Part shown: positions 1-12,046 of the stretch, piece after piece
Numbering within the stretch: the first letter of the stretch is position 1
How the letters are laid out: every line of letters starts with the position of its first letter
Source: Balanoglossus misakiensis
Lineage: Eukaryota; Animalia; Hemichordata
Assembly: GCA_040954595.2 (NCBI GenBank)
Contig: CM082593.2
Location: forward strand, 11,793,477 to 11,857,476
DNA length: 64,000 nucleotides
Reading direction: 5' to 3'
Translations under genes and position numbers: made by a program
Notes under the pieces: model-generated
The model's database searches: none
What the model was told of the DNA's origin: nothing
The model's input: only the letters and a program-made list of their open reading frames with translations

Positions 1-453
1 ATCTCATTCGCAGCTACGCATAAGAACTCACGATACAAAAATTGTATGGTGAAATTTCTCAACTATCCTTTCCTTCGGCCGCAGATGACATCTTTGTTTG
101 CTTTCCATATCGCACATGCCCAACATGTTGTTTTTGATGTGAGCAGGCATCATTTTTTGGAACTGATGCCCGGCGTGCAACAGTTCCAACAACTGATGGC
201 TGATGACATCATTTTATATGGATCAGCACAAAAAGAACGCGTACTACTTGACTATTGATTAATGAATGAGAACACTGACTGTGGATGAGGTGTGTTATAA
301 ACTGATTTCATGATTAAACAAACTTCACACCCATAATTTCAAATACTAAAAAATTGCAACTGGAAAACAGAATTCCATTGTGTACACTACTTGTCATCAA
401 ACCCTACTACATCATATTAGTTTTTTGTGGATGTTCTTCAATAATTATTTCAG

Positions 454-589
454 TCAAGGCATGACAGTACACGCAGCCATATTATCTAACTGGAATTTAT
501 TGAAGTCCTGGTGGAGTGATGGTGCTACTCCTGACCAGAGAAGTTCTGTTATCATTTTGCTGAAGAAACTCTTGCAGATTGATTCCAAG
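454..589 (+). pseudogene. PRKDC: PRKDC exon (QGMTV...LLQIDSK)
   Basis: tttcAG acceptor, aagGTtggt donor; SWW and LLKKLLQIDS motifs match DNA-PKcs as recalled. Confidence 0.85.
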
Positions 590-1974
590 GTTGGTCATTT
601 GAATCTAAATTAAGCCTGTATGGCACACCATGAAAGCCCCCTGAGCTGCCACATTTCACACATTTTTTCTACAATAAAATCTTTTCCCTATTCTTTAGAA
701 TCATCAAGCTGTTTTGCTTGTATTTGTATCAGTTTTGTACACTTTGCATGGAGGCCGATTAAATGAGTGTGTCACCTGTAACCGTATGCTTCACATACAA
801 TTTACATTTCCTAATGGTAAATAAACTGCCTCTCTCGCTAGCTGGAGAAATGTAAATATATTGCAGATCCTGTGGTATTACCGAGTGAAGTTATCGGTCT
901 ATGAATTTTGAATTATGTCTCCGGACAACTCATTGTGCACACTTTTATTTGTAATGTTTCAAAAAGTAAACACCCAATTAAGGTGGTTGGAAATGCTAGG
1001 GTGTCAGTTAAAATTTCATTTAAAACCACTGAATTTATATCTAAAAATGTATTTGAGAAAAATTAAAACATTGAAAAATTCTGGGCAATAAACGTGTAAC
1101 AAGATATGGCTGGTTTTATGATAGCTAATTTCATACACCTGACAAGGAAGCTAGGGAGTCTTATTATCGACGGCATATAATTGAGGTTGTTTGAAAAATC
1201 TGTAAATTCTCCACTGCCACTCGATAGAACATCTTTTTACGCCAACGGAGTGAGCTCGACTCTTGATTGGCAATGGTTGACTGCGTTATGTGCGTATGAT
1301 TGACTGCCGTGTTCGACCGGTCCATGTTCAGATTCTTCCCCTGTCCTGCTTGGACTAGTAGTCTCTCTTGGCCCTGGCTGCTTGTACGTTTGACACGTTT
1401 TGCTGTAAGTCCACTTTCGGACTTAAAAATTGAAGCTTTCGCATCAATTTTTCCCCAATCGTGTCACGCTCACGGAACAGGCAAACGCATATACTCAACC
1501 AGCGATGTAGGACTCCCACAGCGACTTGTTGCTATACAAGACGCTACGCATGCGCACAAGGACGGGTTCCCCTAGCCAAGGGCATTTAAATGTAACTTGC
1601 AAACACTGATTCTTGCAATATTCAGCGATAGATAGCCTTGCTTGTACATTAAAGGCTGCCAAATTATGGACATTTTTACGCTTCTTGGGAACCCCAAAGG
1701 CCAGCGGAAAGGAGTTTGACCCAGATAAATGCGATCCTTCGCCGTGAACTGCCGCTAAACTTTGCGTATTTCGCTACTTTTCTGCCCTTCGCCATAATGT
1801 TATGGTTTTTATTTGTGATTGAATTGGTATGCCAGATAATTTTTTTATCATGAAACTTTCAGGAAAGGCTCGGAACATCCAAAAGAACAATTTAACGGAG
1901 CAGTTTTTGCATAAATTTTCCCGGTGTGTTTTTGCAGCACGTTCAAGTTGTATACAAAATATCAACAAAAACTG

Positions 1975-3005
1975 TTTTTAGGTCCCATGGGTATAGGCCT
2001 ATATACCATGGGACCTTATGGGATGGGTTGCGTCTGTATGTATGTATGGATGGATGGATGTATGTATGGATGTATGGATGTATGTCTGTATGTCCGTCCA
2101 CATCAAAAACTTGAAAACCGCTGCGCGTATCACGTCAATATTTGGTGTGTAGGTGCAGGCTGGGCTGTAGATGGGAGTTTGTCCAAACGAAGTTGCCAGG
2201 CCCAAAAATATGCAAATTAGCTTGTAAAATGTGAAATTGATCAAAACTCTGTAAGTCAACAATTACTGGTCAGTTTCCTTTGAAAATTTTATGTATGTAC
2301 CTTTTGTCAACCTCACACCGACCTGTAAGTGTTAAATTGATATCATGGATGTTTTATTTTTTATGAATTTTTTATTAAATTTATACCTTTACTTATACCT
2401 CTATGGTTAAGCTATGTGCACACCTTATTGTGGAATTCTGGTCTGTGCAATAGTCCTGTACAGTGACTGTCTATTGGTCAGTGAGCACAATTGGGCCAAA
2501 ATAAAAGGCAAATTTTTGGGCTCACCTGTAACACCTGCTTAACACATTAATTATGTGCATACCTAATTCCGGGCTAACTAATAGGGCTAGAGGTTTCGTT
2601 CTTGTGGGACATGGACCAGTATAGGGTCAAAATTTCTTGCCCAAATTTTGGGTGACCTCAGGTGACCTTTGACCTACTTTCCTATATCTCGGCATCCAGA
2701 GCAGGTACAGACTTGGCGTTTGGAGGGTTGGGACTAAAATTGAAAAGCCAAAATATGGGTCACCTGTGACACCTGCATATCTCATTTAATTATGTGCATA
2801 CCTAATTACAGGCTAACCAATAGGGCTATAGGTTTGGTTTTTGTGGAAGTATAGGGTCAAAATTTCTTGCCCTAATTTTGCATGACCTCAGGTGACCTTT
2901 GACCTACTTTTCCATATCTTGGCATCCAGAGCAGATATGATTATTGCTATGTTGCTATGTGCTATGTCCTCAAATGGGACCACAGTGTCCTTGACGCTAT
3001 ATTTT
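1975..3005 (+). mobile_element. HINE/DINE-1-like non-autonomous Helentron-associated element (family A)
   Basis: T-run, then ggtcccat..atgggacc 5' inverted pair, (gtat/ggat)n microsatellite, and a 3' atgggacc plus short stem-loop and T-run. The same 5' end occurs at 37381 and 55183, and the same 3' end at about 7550. Confidence 0.65.
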
Positions 3006-3345
3006 CCTGACTGATAACTTAAAAAAAATTAGTTTATGCTGAAAATGTCCCGTACATTGCTTGAGGGGTTGCTTAATATTAAAATGAATACAAATTATTC
3101 AATAATTTGTGAAAACATGTCAAGATTCAATCAATGTTTTGTAAAATTATGAATATTTATATTTAGGCCTATCAAATTTCATAATTTTAGCAGGTATTTT
3201 TACAGTCATATTTTTCCCTCACTTTTTAGTTTGTTAACAAAAACTTGCTGCAAATTTCAAGTCATTATCTTTATTCTAACTTGTGAAAATAAATTCACAA
3301 ACATTGAGAGAATTTGCTTCAAAAATAGCCTTTCCAACCACTTAA

Positions 3346-4141
3346 AATGGGTCCCCCTGATCTTTTTGCCCGTTGCTATAGGCCTTTATAGGACACTACA
3401 CTCAATTTTGATCGCAACCGTTATGAACGTCCGACAAGGGGCTTGTAACTAGTTAAAAATACACATGATTGTGTGCACACCCCCTGTCTGAGTATGGTTA
3501 CGGCAGCTACCGCCCGGACATAGGCCGCCACGCTAATACGGCAAAGCAGCGGTCAGCGATAGCGTGCGCGTCCTGTAACCACAGTAACTGGATCGAACGC
3601 TAAAAATCCAATGTTTTGTACACAGAGATTTTGTACCGTTCACGAAAATCCCTAAGGCTTTTTTCACAGGCGACGTAGGCTAGCCAAATTTGACCTGCTT
3701 GTTGAGAACGCACCTCCGCACAGTGTGACGGATCGTTTTTTCGGTTTTCGTCGTGCTAAGAAGCGATACCGGTGGAAGAGTGCGTCCAAAAACACCCAAA
3801 ATCGATGACTTTTTCAGGTGTGGTACGGGTATGCTGAAATCGTAGGATACAACGATAATATTTGAAAGCAAAATCCGTCACGATCTTCCCTGGTTCAAGC
3901 AACTAATGAATACGTATCAAGTTCGTTTTTGAGGTCACGGAATAAAAAGCCTTAGGCTTTTTGAAATTTGACCTAGCTAATTTGCATATCAATGGCGTCA
4001 GGGGGCGCGCGCTCACAATCGTGCAGATTTTCAACTAGTTACCAGCCCCTTGTTAGACTCTGAAAACGGCTTAGTCCAAATCGGGGTGTAATGTCCTACA
4101 AAGGCCCATAGCAACGGGCAAAAAGATCCGGGGGACCCATC
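3346..4141. mobile_element. MITE with TTAA target (Kolobok/Sola3-type), copy 1
   Basis: About 70-bp imperfect TIRs (atgggtccccctgatctttttgcccgttgct / agcaacgggcaaaaagatccgggggacccat), TTAA on both sides; paralog at 5214-5995. Confidence 0.75.
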
Positions 4142-4145
4142 TTAA

Positions 4146-4489
4146 AGGGACAAAGTCTCTCTCTCGCTGCCCCTTTTCCATTAATTATGTTTGATACAAG
4201 ACACCGTTTATGTTATTGTACATTTAGATATAGTGAATCAGCGTTCAACCACACAGAACTTCCATCCTGTTTGTAGGATATGAGAGTAAAATCTCACCCA
4301 AATGAAAAAATGGTGAACACTGATTATTCATTTTGGAGAGCGTTTCCCTATCGTGCCTTCAAAAGGGATGGAAGTTGTGTGTGGTTGAATGTTGATTCAC
4401 TATATATCCACATGTAGAATAACATAAACGGTGTCTTGTATCAATCATAATTAATGAAAAAAGGGCAGCAAGAGAGAGACTTTGTCCCT
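4146..4489. mobile_element. Palindromic MITE (AGGGACAAAG termini, TTAA target)
   Basis: Long TIRs agggacaaagtctctctc../..gagagagactttgtccct; a terminal fragment of the same family lies at about 10010-10058. Confidence 0.75.
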
Positions 4490-4582
4490 ATAAAAGGAGT
4501 TTTTACCTTATACTTCTTTGAATTAAAGTAAAAAGAATCATTTTTGTGACACAACAGCTTTAATTTTGATTGATATTTTTCA

Positions 4583-4994
4583 GGATGTACGCGCAGAACA
4601 TAAACCGGAAACAGTGCGCGCCCGGTCTTTTTCGCATAGGATTACATTGAAAATTGCTAGAAAACAAACTTCTACTATTGTCATTTTCACGAAATTTTAC
4701 ACATAGCTCAGTCCAGCAAATATAAATTCATTGGTCAAATAAAATATAGGGGTCACCGCGCTCTATTTTTAGATAAATTGCGTCAAAAATTTTGCCCATA
4801 GACAAACCATTGGTGAAAAATGCTGAGTCAGCAGTTTTCTTCTATTATCGACTAAATTCATGGCTCTTTATTTCAAAAACAAGCGCGGTTACCCCTATAT
4901 TTTATCACGGATTTTCATTATACATACAAAGGAGAATCCAAAAATCCACAATTAAAAAAATGATAATACTTTCCATTTTACTGAACGTACATCC
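4583..4994. mobile_element. MITE (GGATGTACG termini, TTAA target)
   Basis: ggatgtacg..cag / ctgaacgtacatcc-ttaa; inverted paralog begins at 20069. Confidence 0.65.
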
Positions 4995-5031
4995 TTAATG
5001 CAACAAGTGTTCTTCTATTCTTTGTTCTCAG

Positions 5032-5189
5032 TTGTCTTCGGATCCCAAACATGTGGCTTTCAAACCAGTTTTTGAAATGTACCTGGCTGAGCTGTCAAAT
5101 GCTGCCACATCACTGGCATTCAAAAGCCGTGTCTTGGATATTCTTTACTTCTTTGCAAGGTTACCACAGCCAGAACTTGCACAGCTACA
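5032..5189 (+). pseudogene. PRKDC: PRKDC exon (LSSDPKH...ELAQL)
   Basis: Polypyrimidine tract plus ctcAG acceptor, GTgagt donor; open frame, phase 0 to phase 2. Confidence 0.85.
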
Positions 5190-5213
5190 GTGAGTACATA
5201 TTTCAGGTGTTAA

Positions 5214-5995
5214 GATGAGGCACCCTTATCTTTTGGCCATTGCTGTGGGCCTTTACAGGAGAGTTGACTCGCTTTTGAACAAAACCACTATGAACGTCCA
5301 ACAAGGGGCTTGTTACTGTAGTTAAAATATGTACGATTGTGTGCACACCCTGTATCCAAGTATGGATACGGGAGCTACCAACCGGCCATAGGCCACCATG
5401 CTAGTACGGCAAAGCAATGGTCAGCGCCAGCGTGAGTATCCTGTAACCACAGTAACTGGATCAAACACTAAAATTCCACTGATTTTGTACACTGGATTTA
5501 GTATCGTAAAAAAAAATCCCTAAGACATTTTGTACAGGCCACGTACGCTAGTCCGATTTCACCTGTTCACAGAGAACACACTTCCGCATAGCGTGAAGGA
5601 TCGATTTAGCGGTTATCAACGCACTAAGAGCGATACCGATGGAAGAGTGCGTCCAAAAACACCCAAAATCGGTGACTTGTTCAGGGGTGGTATATGTATG
5701 CTGAAATCCACAGATACAACAACCATATTCGAAAACAAATTCCTTCACGGTCTTCTCTGGTTCGAGCACCTAACAAATATGTAATCAATTTCGTTTTTGA
5801 CGTCACAGACTGAAAAGTGGTAGGATTTTGAAATTTGAGTTAGCTAATTTTCATATGAATGGCTTCAGGGGGCACGCGCTCACAATTGTGCAGATTTTCA
5901 ACTAGGTACCAGCCCCTTCTTAGACTGGTCCAAATCTGGGTGTAATGTCCCAAAGCGACCGATAGCAATGGGTAAAATGATATGGGTGCCCCATC
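5214..5995. mobile_element. MITE with TTAA target, copy 2
   Basis: ttaa-gatgaggcaccc...gggtgccccatc-ttaa; colinear with 3346-4141. Confidence 0.75.
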
Positions 5996-6235
5996 TTAAG
6001 GATATAGAGTCATTTCAGTTAAAAAGTATTGTCATTTCTTAGGATTCTTGACTTAGTACATCATAACATGTTATTGAAATCCATATCTAGTTTAGTGAAA
6101 TACAAGGCCGTGAATTTAGAGGATAAATGGATAAAATATGATCACATTTTTACAGGTACCATTTGGTATTTGTATATATATACATGTATCATTGGGACCT
6201 TTAATAAAATTCTATTCACAAAAAATATATTTCAG

Positions 6236-6338
6236 AGGTTGTCTGAACAATATGGTAGCTGATAATTTTCCCTTGAAATCATCATAATTTAATGTTGGCA
6301 GCCAGAAATACAATGATTATGTGGGAGCTTTTGGAAAG
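6236..6338 (+). pseudogene. PRKDC: PRKDC exon with in-frame TAA
   Basis: tttcAG acceptor, aagGTgaga donor; FPLKSS*F aligns to FPMQSREF, consistent with GAA>TAA. Confidence 0.8.
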
Positions 6339-6489
6339 GTGAGAGTTATGCTGTATAATTATGTGGTTTTGGTTTCAAGAACATTAATTTTTTTATGTAG
6401 AGCATTACATAATAAATTATCAGAATGCACCATTGAACGATAAACTGTCAACAGTAAACAGAGTACCTAATGGGGAACAATATATGTAA

Positions 6490-7427
6490 TATAGTGCAGG
6501 AGCTTAACCCCACATTTTGGCATAATTGTGCACTTTGGGTTAAAAGCATAAAACTTGGTACACTTATGCATTGACCCATGGCGGCCATTTTCTGATATGG
6601 ATCCAAAATGACAGCGCCCTCTAGTGGCCAGAAACAGACATTCATACTTAAAAATTGTGCACTTTGGGTTAAAAGCATGAAATTTGGTACAATTATTCAT
6701 TGACCCATGGCGGACATTTTCCAATATGGATCCTAAAAGACAGCGCCCTCTAGTGGCTAGAAACTGACATTTACACTTTTCCCCCCATTAATGACACTTT
6801 TTGGGCAAGTTTAACACTCAGAGACAGGAATGTGGGTTGTAAAACATGCTTGCTGCCATACATCCCTTTGAATATTATCCTAATCCTGATGTACATGCAT
6901 CAGATCAATCTTGTATGTTACTAATTGAACGATTTGTTCTTCGAAATAACAACCAGTTCAATACACAAAGTCATGCAAAGGGGTAATACAACACCTCTTC
7001 TCCAGAAATTCAAGGGTTCTCGAGAATACAGGCAGCTCCTAAAGAACACGTGCTGTGAGAAACTTAGCAAAGCTATATCAAACCAACAGAATCCCAGTGG
7101 AAATCAAGTTGGACAACTCTTAGTCAAGCCCAAGAAAAGAGTCAACCTCAGGAAATCAGTGGCCAAAAGTCATGCACATGTTTCTGTAGGTGCTTTAGGT
7201 CTAGTCTGACAGCAGTGGACATTGTTACTGTGAAGGAAGATGTAATCAAGATTGATCTGATACATGTATATCAGGATTAGGATAATATACACATGAATGT
7301 ATGGTAGCAAGCATGTTTTACAACCCACATTCCTGTTTCTGAGTGTTACAAATGACCAAAAAGTGCCATTAATGGGGGGAAAGTGTGAATGTCTGTTTCT
7401 GGCCAATAGAGGGCGCTGTCATTTTGG
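6490..7427. repeat. Transposon-like segment with short tandem repeat and about 180-bp inverted arms
   Basis: 6741-6913 is the reverse complement of 7247-7427. An approximately 124-bp unit (aattgtgcactttgggttaaaagcat...cagcgccctctagtggc) is repeated at 6520-6770. Confidence 0.6.
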
Positions 7428-7442
7428 CCTACTTTACCATAT

Positions 7443-8300
7443 CTTAATTTTTTTACATTCCATATTTCTATATCGTAAGATCATATCTACTTGCAATGTC
7501 ACCTGTAATTTTTATTATGGTGTGTCACTGTTTCCGCATAATCCTCAAATGGGACCACAGTGACCTTGACGCTATTTTTACATTGAATGGACTAGTCTGC
7601 TCAAACTTTCCTTATCAAAAATTCTGTTTAATCTTCTGTAACATGTATAATAGTATACATGTAGCTGCCTGATAGTTTGCCCTGTGTGTGTAACTGCTGA
7701 GTGACATAACGCATTCTGTGATTGGTCCAGTCACGTAACCACCAATCAGATCGCTTGTTATAAGGAGAACTGCGCGACCTTTAACCGCATTAGCATACCT
7801 GATTTTTAGGGCTCGATATTACCTCTGAGGACGCAATATTTAAGTTGAAGTTTTTTTTCTTTTATCATATTAATGCAAGAAGACTTGCTTTTTATGTAAA
7901 AGAAATAGACCCTAATATACAGAGTGCATTTTGAAACGATAGGCAGGTCTGGCCCATAGCCTAATTCTTCATTTTTCTGTCATGCGTAGGAATTGATCAG
8001 TGCTAACAACCCATGTCAAAATGGCGACACTTGCCAACCCTAACCTTGTGTGTGGCATTGACGTGCACCTGCCAAGGATGCTATACTGGGGAGTGCTGTG
8101 AAAATTGTAAGTCAGTTTCTTTTGTCAAATTAATCAATATGTGTGGGACTGCTATACATGTATATAAAACAGAATACTGCGATGGAAAATTCGATAACTT
8201 AATGTTTCAGTGGATATATGACTTAAAGTTAGCAGGATGCAGTGAATTCAACAGAAAGTGTAATTTCCTCTTGTGTGAGCTCTGTGCGACTGTGACAATG
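7443..8300 (+). repeat. Diverged paralog of the end of the tandem unit (about 41550-42520 and 56450-57420)
   Basis: Direct sequence match including the HINE 3' end, intron and EGF exon 12. Confidence 0.85.
7990..8106 (+). pseudogene. 8-Cys EGF pseudo-exon (paralog of exon 12), frameshifted
   Basis: tAG..GTaagt; IDQC/NNPCQNGDTCQP*/..TCTCQGCYTGECCEN needs two frameshifts. Confidence 0.75.
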
Positions 8301-9332
8301 ACAGTGAAGCAGTATTCATCTCCCGAGCTGTCTTCCACTTTATGCACAGCTTTGACAGTTTCATCCTTGTCTACCCTATTTGCCTTGCCTCTTGATCGGC
8401 AGCATTTGGAAAAATGGTTAGGTTTGCCACACTTCCTGCATGACTTGCCTTTAGCTGGACATACTGAGTCATGTGGATAGGTGCCACCACAATAATAACA
8501 AGTGGATGGTCCTTTCGCTGGCTGCTGATGAGCTCTCTTTTGTTTATTTTGTTTCGGGCGTTGATGGCGCTGTTTTCTGACCGCATTCACAGATGCCGTA
8601 TCTGCACCATTATTTTGGGTTTTCTCCTCAATCCCACTAGCCTGAACCTCTGATACCTCAAACGAACGGGCTGTACTCAGTAGATTCTCTAGTGTCGTCT
8701 CCTCCCGAAGAGCACGACGTCTGAGACGGGCTTATGTGAATCCTCGTATGATTTGTGATTTGACCTCTTGATCACATATGTTTCTGCTAGGCGTTGCAAA
8801 CAAGTGTGATATGCATCGATCGATTCGCCGTTGTTTTGTATGGTGTCTCTGAAGATGAATCGTTCGTATTCAATGTTCTGTTTGGGTGAGAAGTACGACG
8901 TAAGCTTTAATTTGGCTGTTTCACAGCTCGTTCCTGTATCTGGTAGAGTATCAAAGATGTCGGAAACTTCCTCACCTGCCCAGTGCAATAGCAGTGCACG
9001 TTGTCGCTTGTCATCTGTAATGTTGAATGCGACAAATGCGTTTTCTACTCTAGCCATGTACTTTTTCCATCTCGTACTGGTGGTTGTCGGGTCTGAATGA
9101 ACAGGAAAACTCGGCATTGACGGCTAGCTGATTCTCCATGTTCTCCGTCCTCGTCGCCAAATATAGAATCGTGGGTGGGCAATAATGACAACACGAGACA
9201 CCAAGTCCGGCATGTAAGAGTGAGAGTGCCTAGCCTCGTTCATGCACTTTATTCATAATGACCCGAATGTTGCATAACGTCATTTTACAGAATGTATAAA
9301 GTATAGATGCTCACTAGTGTTTGGACATTACA
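8301..9332 (-). mobile_element. Ty3/gypsy (Mag-like) LTR retrotransposon remnant: 5' LTR, PBS, degenerate gag
   Basis: LTR about 9162-9332 (TGTAAT start, AATAAA), PBS TGGCGACGAGG at 9149-9159, gag (ALLLHWAGEEVSDIFDTL, YFSPKQNIEYERFIF) and double zinc knuckle CYYCGGTYPHDSVCPAKGKSCRKCGKPNHFSKCC. Confidence 0.85.
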
Positions 9333-9533
9333 ATATACATGTGACTGCAGTGTCTTTCCAATCATGAATTTGCAAGGTGTCCTTCAGAGAAAATCTTCTG
9401 ATTCTCTTTTCTGATTTGCTTTGCATATATGACTTAATGATCTCATTTGTTGGAATTCCCTGTCCCAAATTTTTGATGATCAGTCTCTGCCCCATTGCTC
9501 ATCGTCCCAACTTTCTTGTGTATTGAAAACCAG

Positions 9534-9656
9534 GAATCAACCAATGCGATCCCAATCCGTGCTTGAACAGTGGTTTCTGCCAGATGACATCTGGATCATG
9601 TGAACTGTACACATGTTTCTGTCAGAATTCTTACACTGGTGACCTTTGTGAACAAA
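9534..9656 (+). pseudogene. EGF exon 13 (open frame, phase 1-1)
   Basis: cAG..GTaagt, 123 nt, INQCDPNPCLNSGFCQMTSGSCELYTCFCQNSYTGDLCEQ; present only in this left paralog. Confidence 0.8.
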
Positions 9657-10370
9657 GTAAGTTTTGATTTATTGTCTTGGGTTAATAATTTATACAGTTC
9701 AAAGTATCACCATTTCTTTCAATATGTAGATTTTTTGTTTTTCTCTACAAGTGTAATCAAGATCTGCTTGAAAATTTGTGTCGCTGTTCTAGTTTATGAA
9801 TTATGAGGCTGTTCTATGAGCTGAGCCATTCAATGAAATTAAACATGGTGACCATATGATTTTATCTGACCACGGAATATAATTTCTATTGATGGAGCCA
9901 TTTGATTTTTTGTGTATACATGAAAATAGCAATACTGGAAGTAAGTAAGCATTAAATCCCATGTTCTATGTCACACACGTGGCTATACGGGCCAGTTCAT
10001 GTGATAACAAACATAATTAATGGGAAAATGGCAGCGAGAGAGAGACTTTGTCCCTTTAATTCTTGAGTTGATTGGCGAGCCACCTTCGATTCGATCAGGA
10101 TGACCTCCAATCACAAAGTGTATATCAATACATGTGACACTAGGACCCTGAGAACTAACCAGGGGTAAGGGAAAAGGTAGCCCTTAGAAACAAATTTGGT
10201 AAGGTTACACCTAGCATGTTGAAAGATGTGCCCCCGGGACATGCCCCACCTTAGGTTGACACCAGAGTTTCATAAAAAAGTTGTGTATGACACAAAAACG
10301 GAAAATTCCCCCGTACTGACTATTCATCAGACAGTTTTATGAGTAGTAACAATAGGAGCCATGGGGGTAA

Positions 10371-10919
10371 ATGCCAAAAGAAGTTGCCCTCCTTGTCCTA
10401 GGGCAGGCGAATATGACAACAACAGATCACAAAGCATTCGTGGGAAGGAGGGGATTCAACCCACACTTTCTTATTGGTGTTGGGAAAATGATGCCCTTGA
10501 ACCCATGCCCAGACTCACTTTCCGATCAAGGTATGATCCAAGTCTGGGTGAAGGAGGGCCTTGGGGACAGGATGTTTTCAGTTATGGGGAGGCATGGGAT
10601 AGGGACAATTTCGACACTTTTGCCACGTGCAGTACAGAGGGGATGCGATCAGAACCATTATCCTGGAGAGTTTGCAGGGACGTTCCATCAATATGAACTG
10701 GAAGGGTTTACCAGATATTTTACGCCACCTGCACCCCCATATTCAATGAGGCCCACACCGAACCCAGCTAGTCCGTACAACCAACAGTATGAATCACCAC
10801 CTCATGCTGGGCGTAGCCATAGGCTATACATGCCTGCCGGTATCGAAGACCATTATGAGTATTGGTACCAGACCCCTCTTGAGAATGAATCATGGTTCCA
10901 CCCTTATGGTAAAAAATAA
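10371..10919 (+). CDS. Hypothetical 182-aa orphan ORF, Pro/Tyr-rich C-terminus
   Basis: Intronless ATG-to-TAA ORF in a GC-richer island, AATAAA at about 10933; no family recognised. Confidence 0.25.
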   Translation: MPKEVALLVLGQANMTTTDHKAFVGRRGFNPHFLIGVGKMMPLNPCPDSLSDQGMIQVWVKEGLGDRMFSVMGRHGIGTISTLLPRAVQRGCDQNHYPGEFAGTFHQYELEGFTRYFTPPAPPYSMRPTPNPASPYNQQYESPPHAGRSHRLYMPAGIEDHYEYWYQTPLENESWFHPYGKK

Positions 10920-11204
10920 GATTACTCCATGCTAATAAATTATTAGAATGAAAGTACATTCCAAGTGACTTGTTGGGAGCATCGGGCCACTTAATTCCGA
11001 AAAATTGCAATCAGCCTGATTTTCAGTTAACCAATCTAAAGTCCAACTTTTCGTGTATTTAGTTGGGTTTCTAAAACTAACACATTTTTTGACAATATTA
11101 ATGGCATGATGAACACTACTCTCATCAAATAAAATAATGTTGTGTCATCCACAACTGGTGTAATTTTTATGTGTTTGGAATCGTAGACACCATTTATCTT
11201 TTAG

Positions 11205-12046
11205 TCTATCTATCTATCTACCTTACTGGCCAACTTCAACATATTGAAGGCTTTGCCAGTGAGTGCACCCTAGTACAGGACATCAAAAATGTCAGTTTTC
11301 TGGTTTGGTGCAGTATAGTGCCAAAGAAGATTTGAAGGATTCGTGTGACCCTGCAGATATGATGTCTGGTGGTATACTATTCCAGTCTTTGATTGTTCTT
11401 GGAAAGAAGGAATATTTTCTGTAGTCTGTTTTGAATTTGGGAATTTTATAACTTTTACTATATGCATGTGTCTAGTGAGTCTTAGCAGGGGTTGGAGATG
11501 CTGAAGATTGTTCATAGCAACAGTTCCTGTTGAAATTTTATATGGCATCGATAGTCTGGCTTCTTTTCTACGTTGTTCTAATGATGTCCAATGTAAGGTA
11601 TTTATCATGTTGTCAACACTAGAGCGATTTCGAAATCTGCCAGTCACGTAGTGTGCAGCGCGTCTTTGTGTTTTTCTAACAAAGCTATGTCGGTCTGTTC
11701 ATATGGGTCCCAAACAGTGGAGGCGTATTCAACTAGTGGTCTTACAAGTGTTGTGTATGCCTTCTCTTTCACCGATGTTGATCCTATGTTGAGATTTCTA
11801 CGGAGGAAACCAAGTGTTTTGTTTGCTTTGTTGCATATTAAAGTAATGTGTTGGTGCCAATCAACATCAGCTGTCAGTGTGCACCCTAGATACTTTTCGG
11901 ATGAGCTGTGTTTGATTATCTTCCCGTTTAAACTGTACTGGTTAATTATCATTGAACGTTTCCTTGTTACTGACAGAACAGAGCATTTGTGTGGATGAAA
12001 ATACATTTTCCATTTGTTGGCCCACGCTGCTAGTTTGTCTAGATCA
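11205..12046 (-). mobile_element. 5'-truncated CR1-group LINE (RT C-terminus)
   Basis: KYLGCTLT..ANKTLGFLRRNL..AYTTLVRPLVEYASTVWDPY..LHWTSLEQRR; (TAGA)n tail; frameshifted. Confidence 0.85.

Larger units (their letters stand above)
454..6338 (+). pseudogene. PRKDC: DNA-dependent protein kinase catalytic subunit fragment (3 exons), premature stop
   Basis: Exons 454-589, 5032-5189 and 6236-6338 have AG/GT ends and compatible phases. The spliced peptide QGMTVHAAILSNWNLLKSWWSDGATPDQRSSVIILLKKLLQIDSK-LSSDPKHVAFKPVFEMYLAELSNAATSLAFKSRVLDILYFFARLPQPELAQLQ-GCLNNMVADNFPLKSS*FNVGSQKYNDYVGAFGK is colinear with the DNA-PKcs M-HEAT segment I recall (..SWWAKD..LLAKILQIDSS..FPMQSREF..FNNYVDCMKK). TAA at 6285-6287; no further exons seen. 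Confidence 0.85.

Noticed and set aside
1924-2262. ORFs rich in MYV/CMD/HTSI
   Set aside because: Translations of the HINE microsatellite.
8013-8480. 155-aa Cys-rich ORF with an apparent signal peptide
   Set aside because: Chance fusion of a frameshifted EGF exon, intron and antisense gypsy gag.
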